A stretch of DNA of 63,935 nt, the filler included, from Octopus bimaculoides (taxonomy: Eukaryota), in the NCBI RefSeq assembly GCF_001194135.2. It is 6 parts of 5 records of this genome, joined end to end, with 100 filler letters (N's around TTAATTAATTAA, not from the genome) between each part and the next. Parts side by side here need not be neighbours in the genome. Positions count along the whole stretch, not along the records: positions 1 to 14,699 come from NC_068983.1; 5 more parts are not named here. One strand, given 5' to 3'. The first letter of the stretch is position 1; each line of letters starts with the position of its first letter. The notes beneath the pieces were generated by a model. That model was not told the origin of the DNA, searched no databases, and was given only the letters and a program-made list of their open reading frames with translations. The position numbers were made by a program, and so were the translations under genes. Positions 1-11,400 of the stretch are shown here, in pieces.

Positions 1-231
1 TGCGGGTGGCACATAAAAGACACTATTTCGAGTGTGGCCGTTTTCGTGCGGGTGACACGTAAAAGCACCCACTACACTCTCTGAGTGGTTGGCGTTAGGA
101 AGGGCATCCAGCTGTAGAAACTCTGCCAAATCAGACTGGAGCCTGGTGTTGCCATCCGGTTTCACCAGTCCTCAGTCAAATCGTCCAACCCATGCTAGCA
201 TGGAAAGCGGACGTTAAACGATGATGATGAT
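1..231 (+). mobile_element. SINE family B ((GAT)n-tailed), 3' part
   Basis: GGTTGGCGTTAGGAAGGGCATCCAGCTGTAGAAA...CCATGCTAGCATGGAAAGCGGACGTTAAACGATGATGAT. Other copies at about 5448-5590, 10000-10160, 14800-15160, 21200-21620(-), 23343-23620(-), 27470-27800(-), 28190-28460, 39760-39900(-), 41400-41552(-), 43440-43715, 44475-44905, 48620-48895(-). Confidence 0.85.
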
Positions 232-503
232 ATATATACACACACACACACACACAGACAGACAGATGCATGCATACATACTTTACTTGAACAAAACTCA
301 GAGGATTTGTTCTATATATTCGTAAATACTTCTAAGAAATATATATGGTAACTTCACACAGCCAGTCATATTTAACTACATTTAGCTCAGATTTTGAAAT
401 AATAGATATGTATAATTTTTTAAGTAATGCAAATAATTATGTAGTTGTTTTATATCTCTGTTCTCAAGTCAGAGTTACTAGTCATGTCTTCTCTCTTTTC
501 CAG

Positions 504-3500
504 TGCTCTTGATGTCTGTTTAACAAACTGGGATCGATCTTTTCCAGATATGTCTTTTTCTATTCTACGTCCTTTAGGCAACTGTGGAGTGGTTCAGGTA
601 AGTGTTATCAATTATTACAACTGTAATCAGTTGTTCTGTATAATTTTACTTTCTTTTGTTTTATCTTTCAGAGAGATTATTTGTCATTTCTTCAATCATA
701 TCAAATAATTATCTTTCACAATGCAGTCATATTCATTTTTCTTTTTTCTACTGATACATTCCTTTAAATTTTTAGAATCATTTTTTAATGTTTTTATTTA
801 TTTTAGCTTTTCTCTCTAAATTCTGTTTTGGAAATATGTCACCATTTAAGCCTTTTAAGCATCTATGTTTGTTGTGAAACATGTGAGATGGATAGGCACT
901 GTACTGTAGAATTATATGTTACTTTATCTATAAGAGCATCACTCTTCCCTCCTAACAGCTCCCTGACAGATTGCTGCCACTGGCCAGACAGTGTGCATAT
1001 CTCCATGTGCTGTCACCTTCATCTATCTGCATGACTTTGTTGTATTAGCAACATCAACACAACTCATTGCTTACATTCCACCCTACTCATGATGAGTTGG
1101 CCACAGGGATACAAGTAGCCATTGATGGTTCCTGATGACTAAGAGCAATACATCATTCTCTTCTCCCAGCAACTCCCCAACAGATCATCACTGGCTCAAT
1201 GGTGTGCATATGTCTGTGTGTTATTACCATCATTGACCCATACAACTTTATAACAATACTTCTGTAGTTCAATTTAAATACCTTTAAGTCTACTTTAGAG
1301 ACTCTTTATTATTATCTCTGATTACATGTTATACTTCCTTCTAGTTTCTTATTTCATATAAATCCAAATCGAGCATAGTCATTTACAATCATCCTGAGTC
1401 AAATTCATGTTGCAAATTTGACACTATACTCAACCTATGTCTCTCAGCTGCTGCAATCTATTATCTGTTTCATTGGACCATCATATACCATGCTTTCAAT
1501 GCCACGCATATATATATATAAGCTTATCAATAGAGACAATAGTTTCTTTTCTCTTGTCACTCTATAGTCTGGTTGGTAAATTTTCATTAGTGCTTTCAGC
1601 ATTAATTAGTCACTTAAGTAACAGAACCTCTCTACTACCTACACTGAATCATCTTAGTAGATTATAGACTTTAGTCTGTATCTGCTCCCATTGGTGGGCA
1701 CTAGTACAATACTAGCAAGTGTAAAATGTTGATTTATTAGTCAATCTCCGTATCTCTGTAGCCATCAAATGTACTACCTAGACTATAAAATATCTCAGTA
1801 ATTATGTACACTTCCATATGCAAACAACCCAGACTTTGTTGAAGGCACTGTTATTGTTTCCTTGGACACTTTGTTACTTTTTCTCTTCATTCTGAATTCC
1901 AAAATTTATTACATATTTTGATTTATTAGTCATGTTTTAATTGATGATATTGAACAGATTGGTCATTACTCTATAAGCTGGGATTTACTGATTTCATAGA
2001 TGCAATTTATTATACTATTTGTAATTACTAAGACCTTTATTTTCACAATAAAAAGAAATAAACAGGATTCTATTGCTAGCTCTGTTATTGAAACTTAGGT
2101 TTACAACTAGAAGTTTATTAATTAAATGAGTTAACAAAATAAAGAATACGATAACTTGTTAGGATTTGAACTGAGGAAGTACAGCCAGTAAAATCAGCAC
2201 TCAAATTCCTCAGCCTTTTTCCTGTTGAACATTTTTATTATTTTTATAGAGGAAAAATGAACTCAACACACTGTCTTTATATTTCTGTAGGTGACTGTTG
2301 GCCGTGCTATGAATGTTCTGGTCATTCTTAGGGGTTTGATTATTGAATGGGTTCGAGTTAAAGGTTTCACAGAAGACTTTTTTACAGATGATGGAAAAGT
2401 AAGTGATCCCTTTCAAAAAGCAACAGTTACCATTTACTCAGTTGAGAACTTTCACGAATTAATGATGCATTTCTTCTTAATTTAACTAATATTTATTCTT
2501 TGTTTCAGATAAATGTATGGTCCAAGTCAAAATATCAAGTATTTCAAATGGCAAGTTACTATAATTTTATTTTTCTTGTTGGCAATCTAACAAGTCAAGC
2601 TGGTTAATTAGCAAAAACAGCAGATTACCAGACCTTTTTATACCCAACATTAACCACTTTCATTGATTGAAAAAAGAAAGTATTTTGTCTAAGAAAAAAT
2701 AAGCAATCTATACTTGACTCCATTACTTTCTAGTAATCACAAAACTAAATTATTTTAACATTGTCTTCCCAATTTTTTTACTTTATCATCAGGCTAGTTT
2801 TATTGTTTCTGAAGATTTCCTTGCTATAACTTTATCTGATGTAACTGCATACATTTAATTTCTGCAGGTTACAGACCATGCAAGTGCTGCCATGCTGCAT
2901 TTCTACTCTCCAGTTATTCCAGATGTTGCTGTTAAGTCATTCTTAGTAAGTAATGTATTATAGCTAAATCTTTCCGCTGTTCATTTGTGTTGTTCAAAAG
3001 ACACAATCTTTTATGTAATTGATTTTTACAGCGTCATTATATCTGATTAATAGTAGTTAAGTACATTCCCAAATACATTTTTAATATTTTTCTAATTTTA
3101 TTGAGTAGACATTGTGTCTTTTCTCTATGTAATGTTTCTCCTCAACTCCCTATTACAAGCAAATAGCTATGGTTATTTTTATTGTCTAGTTTTAATTTTG
3201 AAAAACTGAAATTTTCATCATTTAACCCTCTTAAATTCAGAAATATGAACATTGGATAGTAACAAGAGTCTCTGTTAATGCTTAGAAATGTGGAATTGCA
3301 TTTTAAAACGTAGATAATTTCTGTTACAAAAATGGTTATAAAAAGAAATATTTCAATTCAGAAAAGACCTCTTTATCCAAGAATAGGGCAATGAAAGACA
3401 GAATCAGTAGCATGCCAGACAAATTGTGTTGTAGTATTAACAATATACATCGTTTTTACTTATTAACTATTAAGCCTCGTCAACTTGCCTTTCATCCTGT

Positions 3501-3884
3501 ACCATAAATACAATTCAGTGACAGTTAAATTTATATTTCAGTTTTTAGGAGGCAATAAAATAATTATTAGTCAACTACTGTGCCTGTCTCTCAAAATTAT
3601 TCTTATCAACATTTAGTAAAGAATATCTTCTTTTTTTATGTGACATAAAACTGTGTAAACTTTCTTTTACAGATTTCCAAGGTGTGTGCCCAATTCCTTC
3701 TATTCTGTTTTTAAATATTCTTATTGTTCTTAATTTTTATCTTTTCCAGACCTGGCTGCAAAAATATAGTACATTATTCTCTGCTTCTTGCCATAAATGC
3801 AACCGTTATTTACAGAGCGGGCTTCCACCCACATGGCGAGACTTCCGGACAGGAGAGCCCTATCATGAAGTCTGTCGAGGTTAA
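504..3884 (+). CDS. MED27: Mediator complex subunit 27, 3' part (5 exons; 5' exons lie upstream of the window)
   Basis: Exons 504-597, 2291-2398, 2509-2550, 2868-2945, 3750-3884 splice in frame to ALDVCLTNWDRSFPDMSFSILRPLGNCGVVQ/VTVGRAMNVLVILRGLIIEWVRVKGFTEDFFTDDGK/INVWSKSKYQVFQM/VTDHASAAMLHFYSPVIPDVAVKSFL/TWLQKYSTLFSASCHKCNRYLQSGLPPTWRDFRTGEPYHEVCRG*. The C-terminal CxxC...LPPTWRDFRT...HxxC motif is diagnostic of MED27. All acceptors are AG; donors are GT except GC at 2551. Confidence 0.96.
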
Positions 3885-5826
3885 GAAAAGGACTTAGCTC
3901 CATTTAGAATCAACTTGCTGTCCTTTAATTAGCAAATTTTCAACCATGAAAGAAATTCGAGAAACGGCAATTAAATAACATTGCTGTTTAAATTGATTTG
4001 GAGAACTTGCATGGTTTTATTTATTCCAAACTTCACAGTTACAGTCAGCAGTGTTTTCCAATGGAATTGGACAATATGTGTTTAAGTTGTATGATGTATC
4101 CCATTCTTTAAGACATAAATCTCATATACATGTGTAAAGAAAATAATAAAAAGATCTGGTTTTACTAAGCATTCTCTATTTCAGGTAAAATGTTTGTTGA
4201 CACAATTTAACTCACTTGTTAAACTAGGGTGTTAATCTCTTTGCTCTGATGCAGTCATATAGCAACAATATGTTGTCTGTGAATTGAATAAAAAAAAACA
4301 GACTAAATCTTAGTAAAATGTTTTTAATTTAATTTACCAACTTTTCAGAGAATCTGAATCACCCATCAGCTGTATTCTTAAGGAGTTGATACTGGAAACA
4401 TGTTTGCTTGCTTGATGGGGCTGGGGTCATGCCAGGTTAATGGTCCCAGAGACATCATCATGTGTAGAACCGACCTGGTCCACCAGTGGTCCTTTGCCAG
4501 CCTCTTTGCATCCTCCAAAAATATAAGACTGACTGACACCCATCACTTATGAATGGGTGTCTTATTTGGATAAGACCATCATTGCAATTTTTTATTTTGT
4601 CTTTTGCATCCATGTTCCGATGCTTGTATAGATAGGATGGTGGTTTTGCTGGAGCAATTATTTTCACAACTGGGTTTCCTTACTGCCAACCATGAATTAA
4701 GAGTGGAGTTTGGGCAAACTGGAACAAGTAGAGTTATAAAACAGTAACGGTGGAAAGATTCGAACTTCTGACTCTGTAGTCAGTTGTCCTGTCTGTTAAC
4801 CTTCCAGTCATTTAATTTATATAAAATTTGTTGTTTCTTTAATTTGAAAATTTACTATTTATAATGGCACTATTATTTTCATTTCTTTATTTATAAAAAA
4901 AGTATGTATAAGCATGAATGTGTGTTTTTACTGATATTTTATTAAAAATATCACTTTTACTTTCTCTTCCATATCAGCAGGAGTTCTCAACATTATCAGA
5001 TTTAACGTAAACCTATTGCTGACACCTCCAATGCATATCACCTTTTAGTTCAGAGTGGCTGGGCACTGGTCAGCTGCTAGTGGCACTTAGCCACTTTCCC
5101 AAACAACATTCTTGTAAATTAATGTTATAGATACAATGCTCACTCTTCCACATAGTATTTCACTTAGAAATTTTCCTTGTCGGGACAAATAGACTTTTTA
5201 TTGCCAATAGTGTTATTTATCTGAATACTAATTTAAAATTCTAGTTCTTTACCTGTTGCACCATTTGTATACTTATTTGCAATAAATATGGTTTTGATTT
5301 CCTATTTATTCTCACATGTACTGAGCAAAATCAATGTCAAAGGGTAGTGGGGGGTTTTAAGTACCCTGCTACTTAAGGTTACTTTAATCGTTAAGAAATA
5401 AGTTGTATATTTTAATATTTTTCTCAATTGACACATAAGACATTTAGTACACTTGTGGAGTGGTTGGCATTAGGAAAGGCATCCAGCCATAGAAACCAAG
5501 CCTAAACAGACTGAAGCCTGGTACAGCTCTCTGACTTACCAGTTCTAGTCTAACCTATATTGGCATGGAAAACATGGTAAATGATGATTATGATTGATTT
5601 TTAAGAGAATCTTTAAAATTGGATATTCATTTACTACAACACACACGAAAGCAAAAAGATTAATATGTGTATCATAATACTTAACACATGGCACATTGAA
5701 GATGTGAACAAATATTTTTTTTTCCAAGAGGTAGGGGGAACATCAGTGAAGTTGCTATATCCTTACTATAAAGTGGTAGTTTATGAATCAGAGCAATTTT
5801 GGTTGTGAAATACCAATCATATAAGC

Positions 5827-6327
5827 CAAGGGTCTCCAAAGAGGTCGATGGGACTATTCAAGGGGTCGATAAATGCACATCTACTTAAATATTTCAGATG
5901 TGTATTTGGTGTGCAAGATTCTTGATGTGAATACATGTGTTGAAAGAAATACTATTAAACCTTGGGAGAGGCATTATGCTGGTAATAAACACATGCACTG
6001 GTTCGGTCCTTTATTTATTTATAAACAGTATTTACTTTTTCTTTTTGTTAAATCATTTCATTGCACTCTTGCAATCTTTTCAGTAACCCGTCTCTCCACT
6101 TCCATTTATAAATGGAAGTGCAATGAAATGATTTAACAAAAAGAAAAACTAAATACTGTTTATAAATAAATAAAGGACTGAACCAGTGCATGTGTTTATT
6201 ACCAGCATAATGCCTCTCCCAAGGTTTAATAGTACTTAAATATTATTTCTTGTATATGCCTGGAGGTCGATGATGGGTCAAGGATTCCATGAAGGGGTTG
6301 ATGGTCTAAAACGTTTGGGGACACTAG
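5827..6327. mobile_element. hAT-type non-autonomous element (MITE) with 8-bp TSD and internal long palindrome
   Basis: Imperfect TIRs CAAGGGTCTCCAAA (5827) and TTTGGGGACACTAG (to 6327; 11/14 match). A perfect 8-bp target duplication ATATAAGC sits at 5819-5826 and 6328-6335. Confidence 0.85.
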
Positions 6328-8456
6328 ATATAAGCATTTCAATCTTGATGTTTCAGCATAGACATTTACTTCCTAAAACTATCTTTGGAATCTCTCCTGC
6401 AGGAGTTGACTCCAAAGGGTTCAAGAGGAACATTAATCTCATTTGTCAAGAAGGGCCTGCAAAGGTTATAGCCACTACCCCTTTCTCCAGACCCAGCAAG
6501 TTAAAAGAAATCTTTCCTTATTACTGCAGACTGTGCAAGTGGCTCAGAGGGGCCTAGCTTGTAGCATAAGTGTTGTGCTGGTTCTGCTTCAATATTATGT
6601 TAAAGGTGCAAGTGTCCCGAATAATCTGCCATCTGTTACTATGCTTCAAGGAGTAGACAGTTTGTTTAACGAAGTAATTAAAGCATCCAGGTTGAAATCA
6701 ATGAGAGAGTGTGCGTGTGTTGACTATAAATCTAATCCTCATGTTTCTTAGTTGTTGTGTCTAAACTATTCTGTTTCCACCAACATTTTCTACTGTTAAC
6801 CAAATGTAGCTATGGTTAAACTCTTCCAGGAAATGTTAACAAATACATTCTATTGTTGAGGGACTTTTTTTTTTTTTTGTGAAATAAACTTTCTGATTAA
6901 GACATTTTTTAACATTCATGGAAAGCAGACGTTAAACGATGATGATACATATATAAGAAATTTCAGCCTTACTATATATAAACATTAGTCTGGAATTCCT
7001 AACAGATTTTCACCAAATTCAATAAACCTTGAAGATCATCATGCACAAACCTGATTTTCTTTCTTTCTTTATTCATCCCTTCTACACCAGCAATTTTTAC
7101 AAGCTACTCATGTTGATGTATTATATTTATATAATTTGTTTTGTCTTGTTATGTCAGCAAAATTTTAGTTACATCTTATGATTGTATGTGGGATGTTGGT
7201 GACTAAATTATATCTGAAAGAAAACCATCTATTGATTGGCAGTAACTCACTGCTTGACTGAGCCATTATAAAAATATGAAAAATATTCTTTTGTACTCTA
7301 GGCACAAGGCCCGAAATTTGGGGAGGGAGCAATCGACCCAAGTATGCAACTATTAACTTGATATCACATTGGGTGACTAAAGTTGGTTTAGTGGTTTCTA
7401 ATGAGTCAATATGCAATTCTGATGGAGACAGTGACAAAGAAGCATCAGTACAACTCAGATGGTGCAAATACCACTTTGTTCAAAAGTACTGGTTTATCAC
7501 TTTTTTTTGCCAATTAACACCAGCAATATATATTTATAAATACATACATACACATGTAAGTATAAACCTACACACATGCAACAGTCATCCACAGAATTTC
7601 CTTTCACAAGGCATTGATCAATCTAATACTATGACAGATAATACTTGCCTAAGGCACCCTGCAGTGAGATCAAACCCAGAACCACGTGATTGTAAACCAA
7701 ATGACTACACAATCATGCTTGAAACCTTTACAGTAATTTCAGTCAAGTCTTCCAATCTAATAACACCCATGAACATTGTCTTTCTTCACATTAACAAAAA
7801 TGCCCTGAAGTTGATGATAAACAAGAGGCAAGGAAAACATGCTAAATAGATTTTGAAAACCACCTTTATACATCATTTTAATTTCCTTTTTAATTTTGAC
7901 AACTGTTGTTTAAAAGTATCATTTTTCAGTTTTTTTGAGTGTATAGAAAGAAATTGTACATGACTAATCTGACTATACACACAACGCTGCAATATATATA
8001 ATATATACATCAATACTGCAATATTTCTAATTCACGAATCAGAAATACAAACCAGTTGAGCATTCTGTAATTAATGAAGGACATTACATGTTTAAATAAG
8101 CACACTGTAAACATATAATAGTAACTAAGTCCCAGCAGTTAGTCTGATAAGTAGCAATTTACTACCATTAGATATAGATTCGTATATGGAGAATCAGAAG
8201 TTGGTACTTACAAATTTATGATTGGAAGGACCAATAGATAGCCAAGTTGTTGATAGCCCACTGTTGTTAGATGTCATATTTTAGAAAACTCCTGTTCATA
8301 AGGGATTAAATGTAGAGGCTATCAAAACAATTGCTGATTAAACATGTGTTTACAAACATCCACTTGCATTTATATAATGAATATAAACACGAACAACCTC
8401 ATGTGTCCTCCATCAATATACTTTTATATTGTCATCTCTCATAAAAAGGTCCTTTG

Positions 8457-11400
8457 TCAAACTACAGAAAGTAAACATATTATGGTTGTATATGTATGGT
8501 AGAGTTTGGGTAAAGTCCGATTGTTGTCCACTTTACCATTTTCACAAACTTTTCCTTCACTGGGAAGATGAGTGAAACCTACTTCTCCTGTTCCAAAAAA
8601 TCCAACCAGAGGAGTTTTAGGGAAAAACTGTCGAAAAACAGCTGACTCAACGTTAGAAACACCATAGTGATGGAATCCACGGCCAATACAAGTGAACATG
8701 AAAGCAAAGCTTTGTTCCTCGGGAAGTTTGCAGTTTTTCAACTTACGCATGTTGGCTTCAACTTCTTCTTTACTGTTGATGTGTTCCTCTATGAGAACAG
8801 ATGCAACTCGCAGACGAGCACCACTGAATGCAATGCAGAGCAGAGAGGGATCAGACTGACTACAATTAAAAAAGAAAAACAAATTTAATTCAGAATACTT
8901 GTCAACAAGTTATATTAATCATCCAGCATTGATGTGTTCTTTAAAACAAGATATATTGAAATATATATATAGGATGTAGCCAAGATAGTCTAAAACTAAA
9001 GGAATCAGATCAATTTTCACAAGAGTTTTGTTGAATTTGCTCTAATTACATGAGAAATAGTGTGAATTCTTTCAAACCTTAAAGCCCAATTTTTGTTTCA
9101 TTAAATAATTATATTCATCAAAGGAACCTTAATATGGTTGCTTGACCTGCAAGAAATAATAGCCATATCTCTATGAAATCACACACAAGTATCTTATATG
9201 AGGAAAGAATACAGCAGATTATGTAACCCTACATATTCCTAAAAAGACAGGCTGGTCATATCTGAAATGCCTTTGGTCATAGGTCTGCTAAATCAGGATT
9301 GATTTGGAATTAAATAACTCATTTTCTCCCTTGATTTGAAGGTATAACCATGTTGGTTCGGCAATTCAGACCATTTTCCTGCTTCCATAAAATAATCTAA
9401 ATGTTGGATGATGAAAATGGTAAAGTAGTTTATACTGCATAATTGAATAACTTTCATTTTACAGTTGTGCTAATTTGGCAATCAGCATATGCTCATATCA
9501 TTTTATAAATTAGTGGAAATACAGTTTGCGGTTCACCTTTTAAAATTTGAAGGTTTCTTTCAAAATATAGGTCCATCAAAAGTTCCAAACAACTTTGCTC
9601 TAAAACAAACTGTACCATCAACATGAGAATGTTTTGGAGAATTAACTAGGCACAATACTGAGGAAAAATGATTCAGAACACTTCATTTAAAAATAATGAT
9701 AGAAACCTCCTCAGTATAAAAAAAAAATCAATGTCTGTTTGCCCCTCAGAGAATGAATGAGCTTCTAACTGGCTGTTTGGCATGCAATAAAATATCTCAG
9801 ATCACACCCAATTATATTGAAAAATGCTGTCCTGACTACACTAAGCCACAATGAAAAAGGATGGAATGGTTATGGCTGGACTACCTTTGAGCATGGGTTT
9901 GCTAGATTGTATCCTCTACAAGAACTTGCACTGCTTCTTCCTCCCCATAGTTCAATCTCCTTGTCCTCTAGCATGAAGCTGAGCCCCACCCCAGGGTTTG
10001 TAGTTCTGCAAAATGCATGGCTGGTGCCAGGAATGGCATCCAGCTGTAGAAACCATGTCTAAACTGACACTGAAATATAATGCAGTCTTTGGACACATTG
10101 GACCCTGTCAAAGCATCCAACCCATGCCAGCATGGAACACAGACATTAAATGATGATAGTGAGGGCTGACCTCAGACTAAACAAAACTATATTCTACATG
10201 TATTTTCACAATACACTAAATTCAATTTCACACATATATATATAGAGTGGTATTTCTTCAACATGTGGAACAATAACATGGTTGCACAATCTCAAAGACT
10301 AATGAACAATTTGAATTTCATTACTTATTTTTCAAGTGCACTGCATTATGTTTGTTGCCTCTATTTTATTGAAGTAAAATTTCTTTAAAACAATTTATAT
10401 CTTGAAATGAGTGAAACCAGAAAAAGAAAAAACAGTTAAACACACCAGTATAAAAACAAAGAGTTGAAAACAATAATTTCATACATGAAATGAAATAATT
10501 ACATGGTTTGATGAATAACATATCACTAATATCCTGCAATACAATTAATTGCCTATATATCCTTCCCAATAAAATATAGGTCCTATGTCTAAACAAAAGA
10601 AATCTATAAGAACATGAGATGAATATTAGGTGAAATTATTTGCAGGTATTTTAGATACGCTAGAAATTTGATTTTTGTAATCATTCTAAATTTGATATGA
10701 TCCACAAATAATAAGGTAGCAGTGAAAATAGTTTGTAGAAAATCAGAAAGAGATTTAGCTTCTTGAGAGTGCAACTAAAGAATTATTAAATAATAGCTGG
10801 ATATCCTCCCTAAAATTTTGTATACAAAATCACTTGAAACCTCTTGATACCAAACCAACTGAGATAGTTCTATGATAAAAACTTCCTATTTTAAAGTTAT
10901 CTAAATTAAATCTTGCATAGAATTTTCATATTAATTTATATTCCAAAGTTGAGTTTAATAAATTCTACTAAATTTTACTAAATTCTTCATCATTGTCAAA
11001 ATTAATTCAAACAAAAACAGTATATTTCAATGAAAATATGTTAATAAAAGGGTTAAACATAAATGAATTAGGAATAAAAAATATATATCACTCACCCTCC
11101 AGAATCATTTAAACATTTCTGAGGACAAATCAGATTATCAACAAATCCTCCAACAAGAACAGATTCAGGGAAGTATTGCATTAATGTGTAGCCTATATCT
11201 GGTGGACAGAGGGGTTCATTGCAAAAATACAGAATAGCTTTTACATCTTCAGGAATGTGATTAGTTCCTGGTCCTAAAATATCATCTTTCTGTGTGGTAT
11301 ATGTGTGGATGTCAATAGTAAAACTGTGAATTTGTAAATTTTCCAGTTTAGGAATAAGTAGGAAAGACAAGGATTTTTTATTTTCAATCTCAAATGACTT

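Noticed and set aside
6330-6760. Overlapping 95-102-aa ORFs as a gene
   Set aside because: No recognisable domain or splice structure; probably a decayed transposon fragment that I cannot classify.
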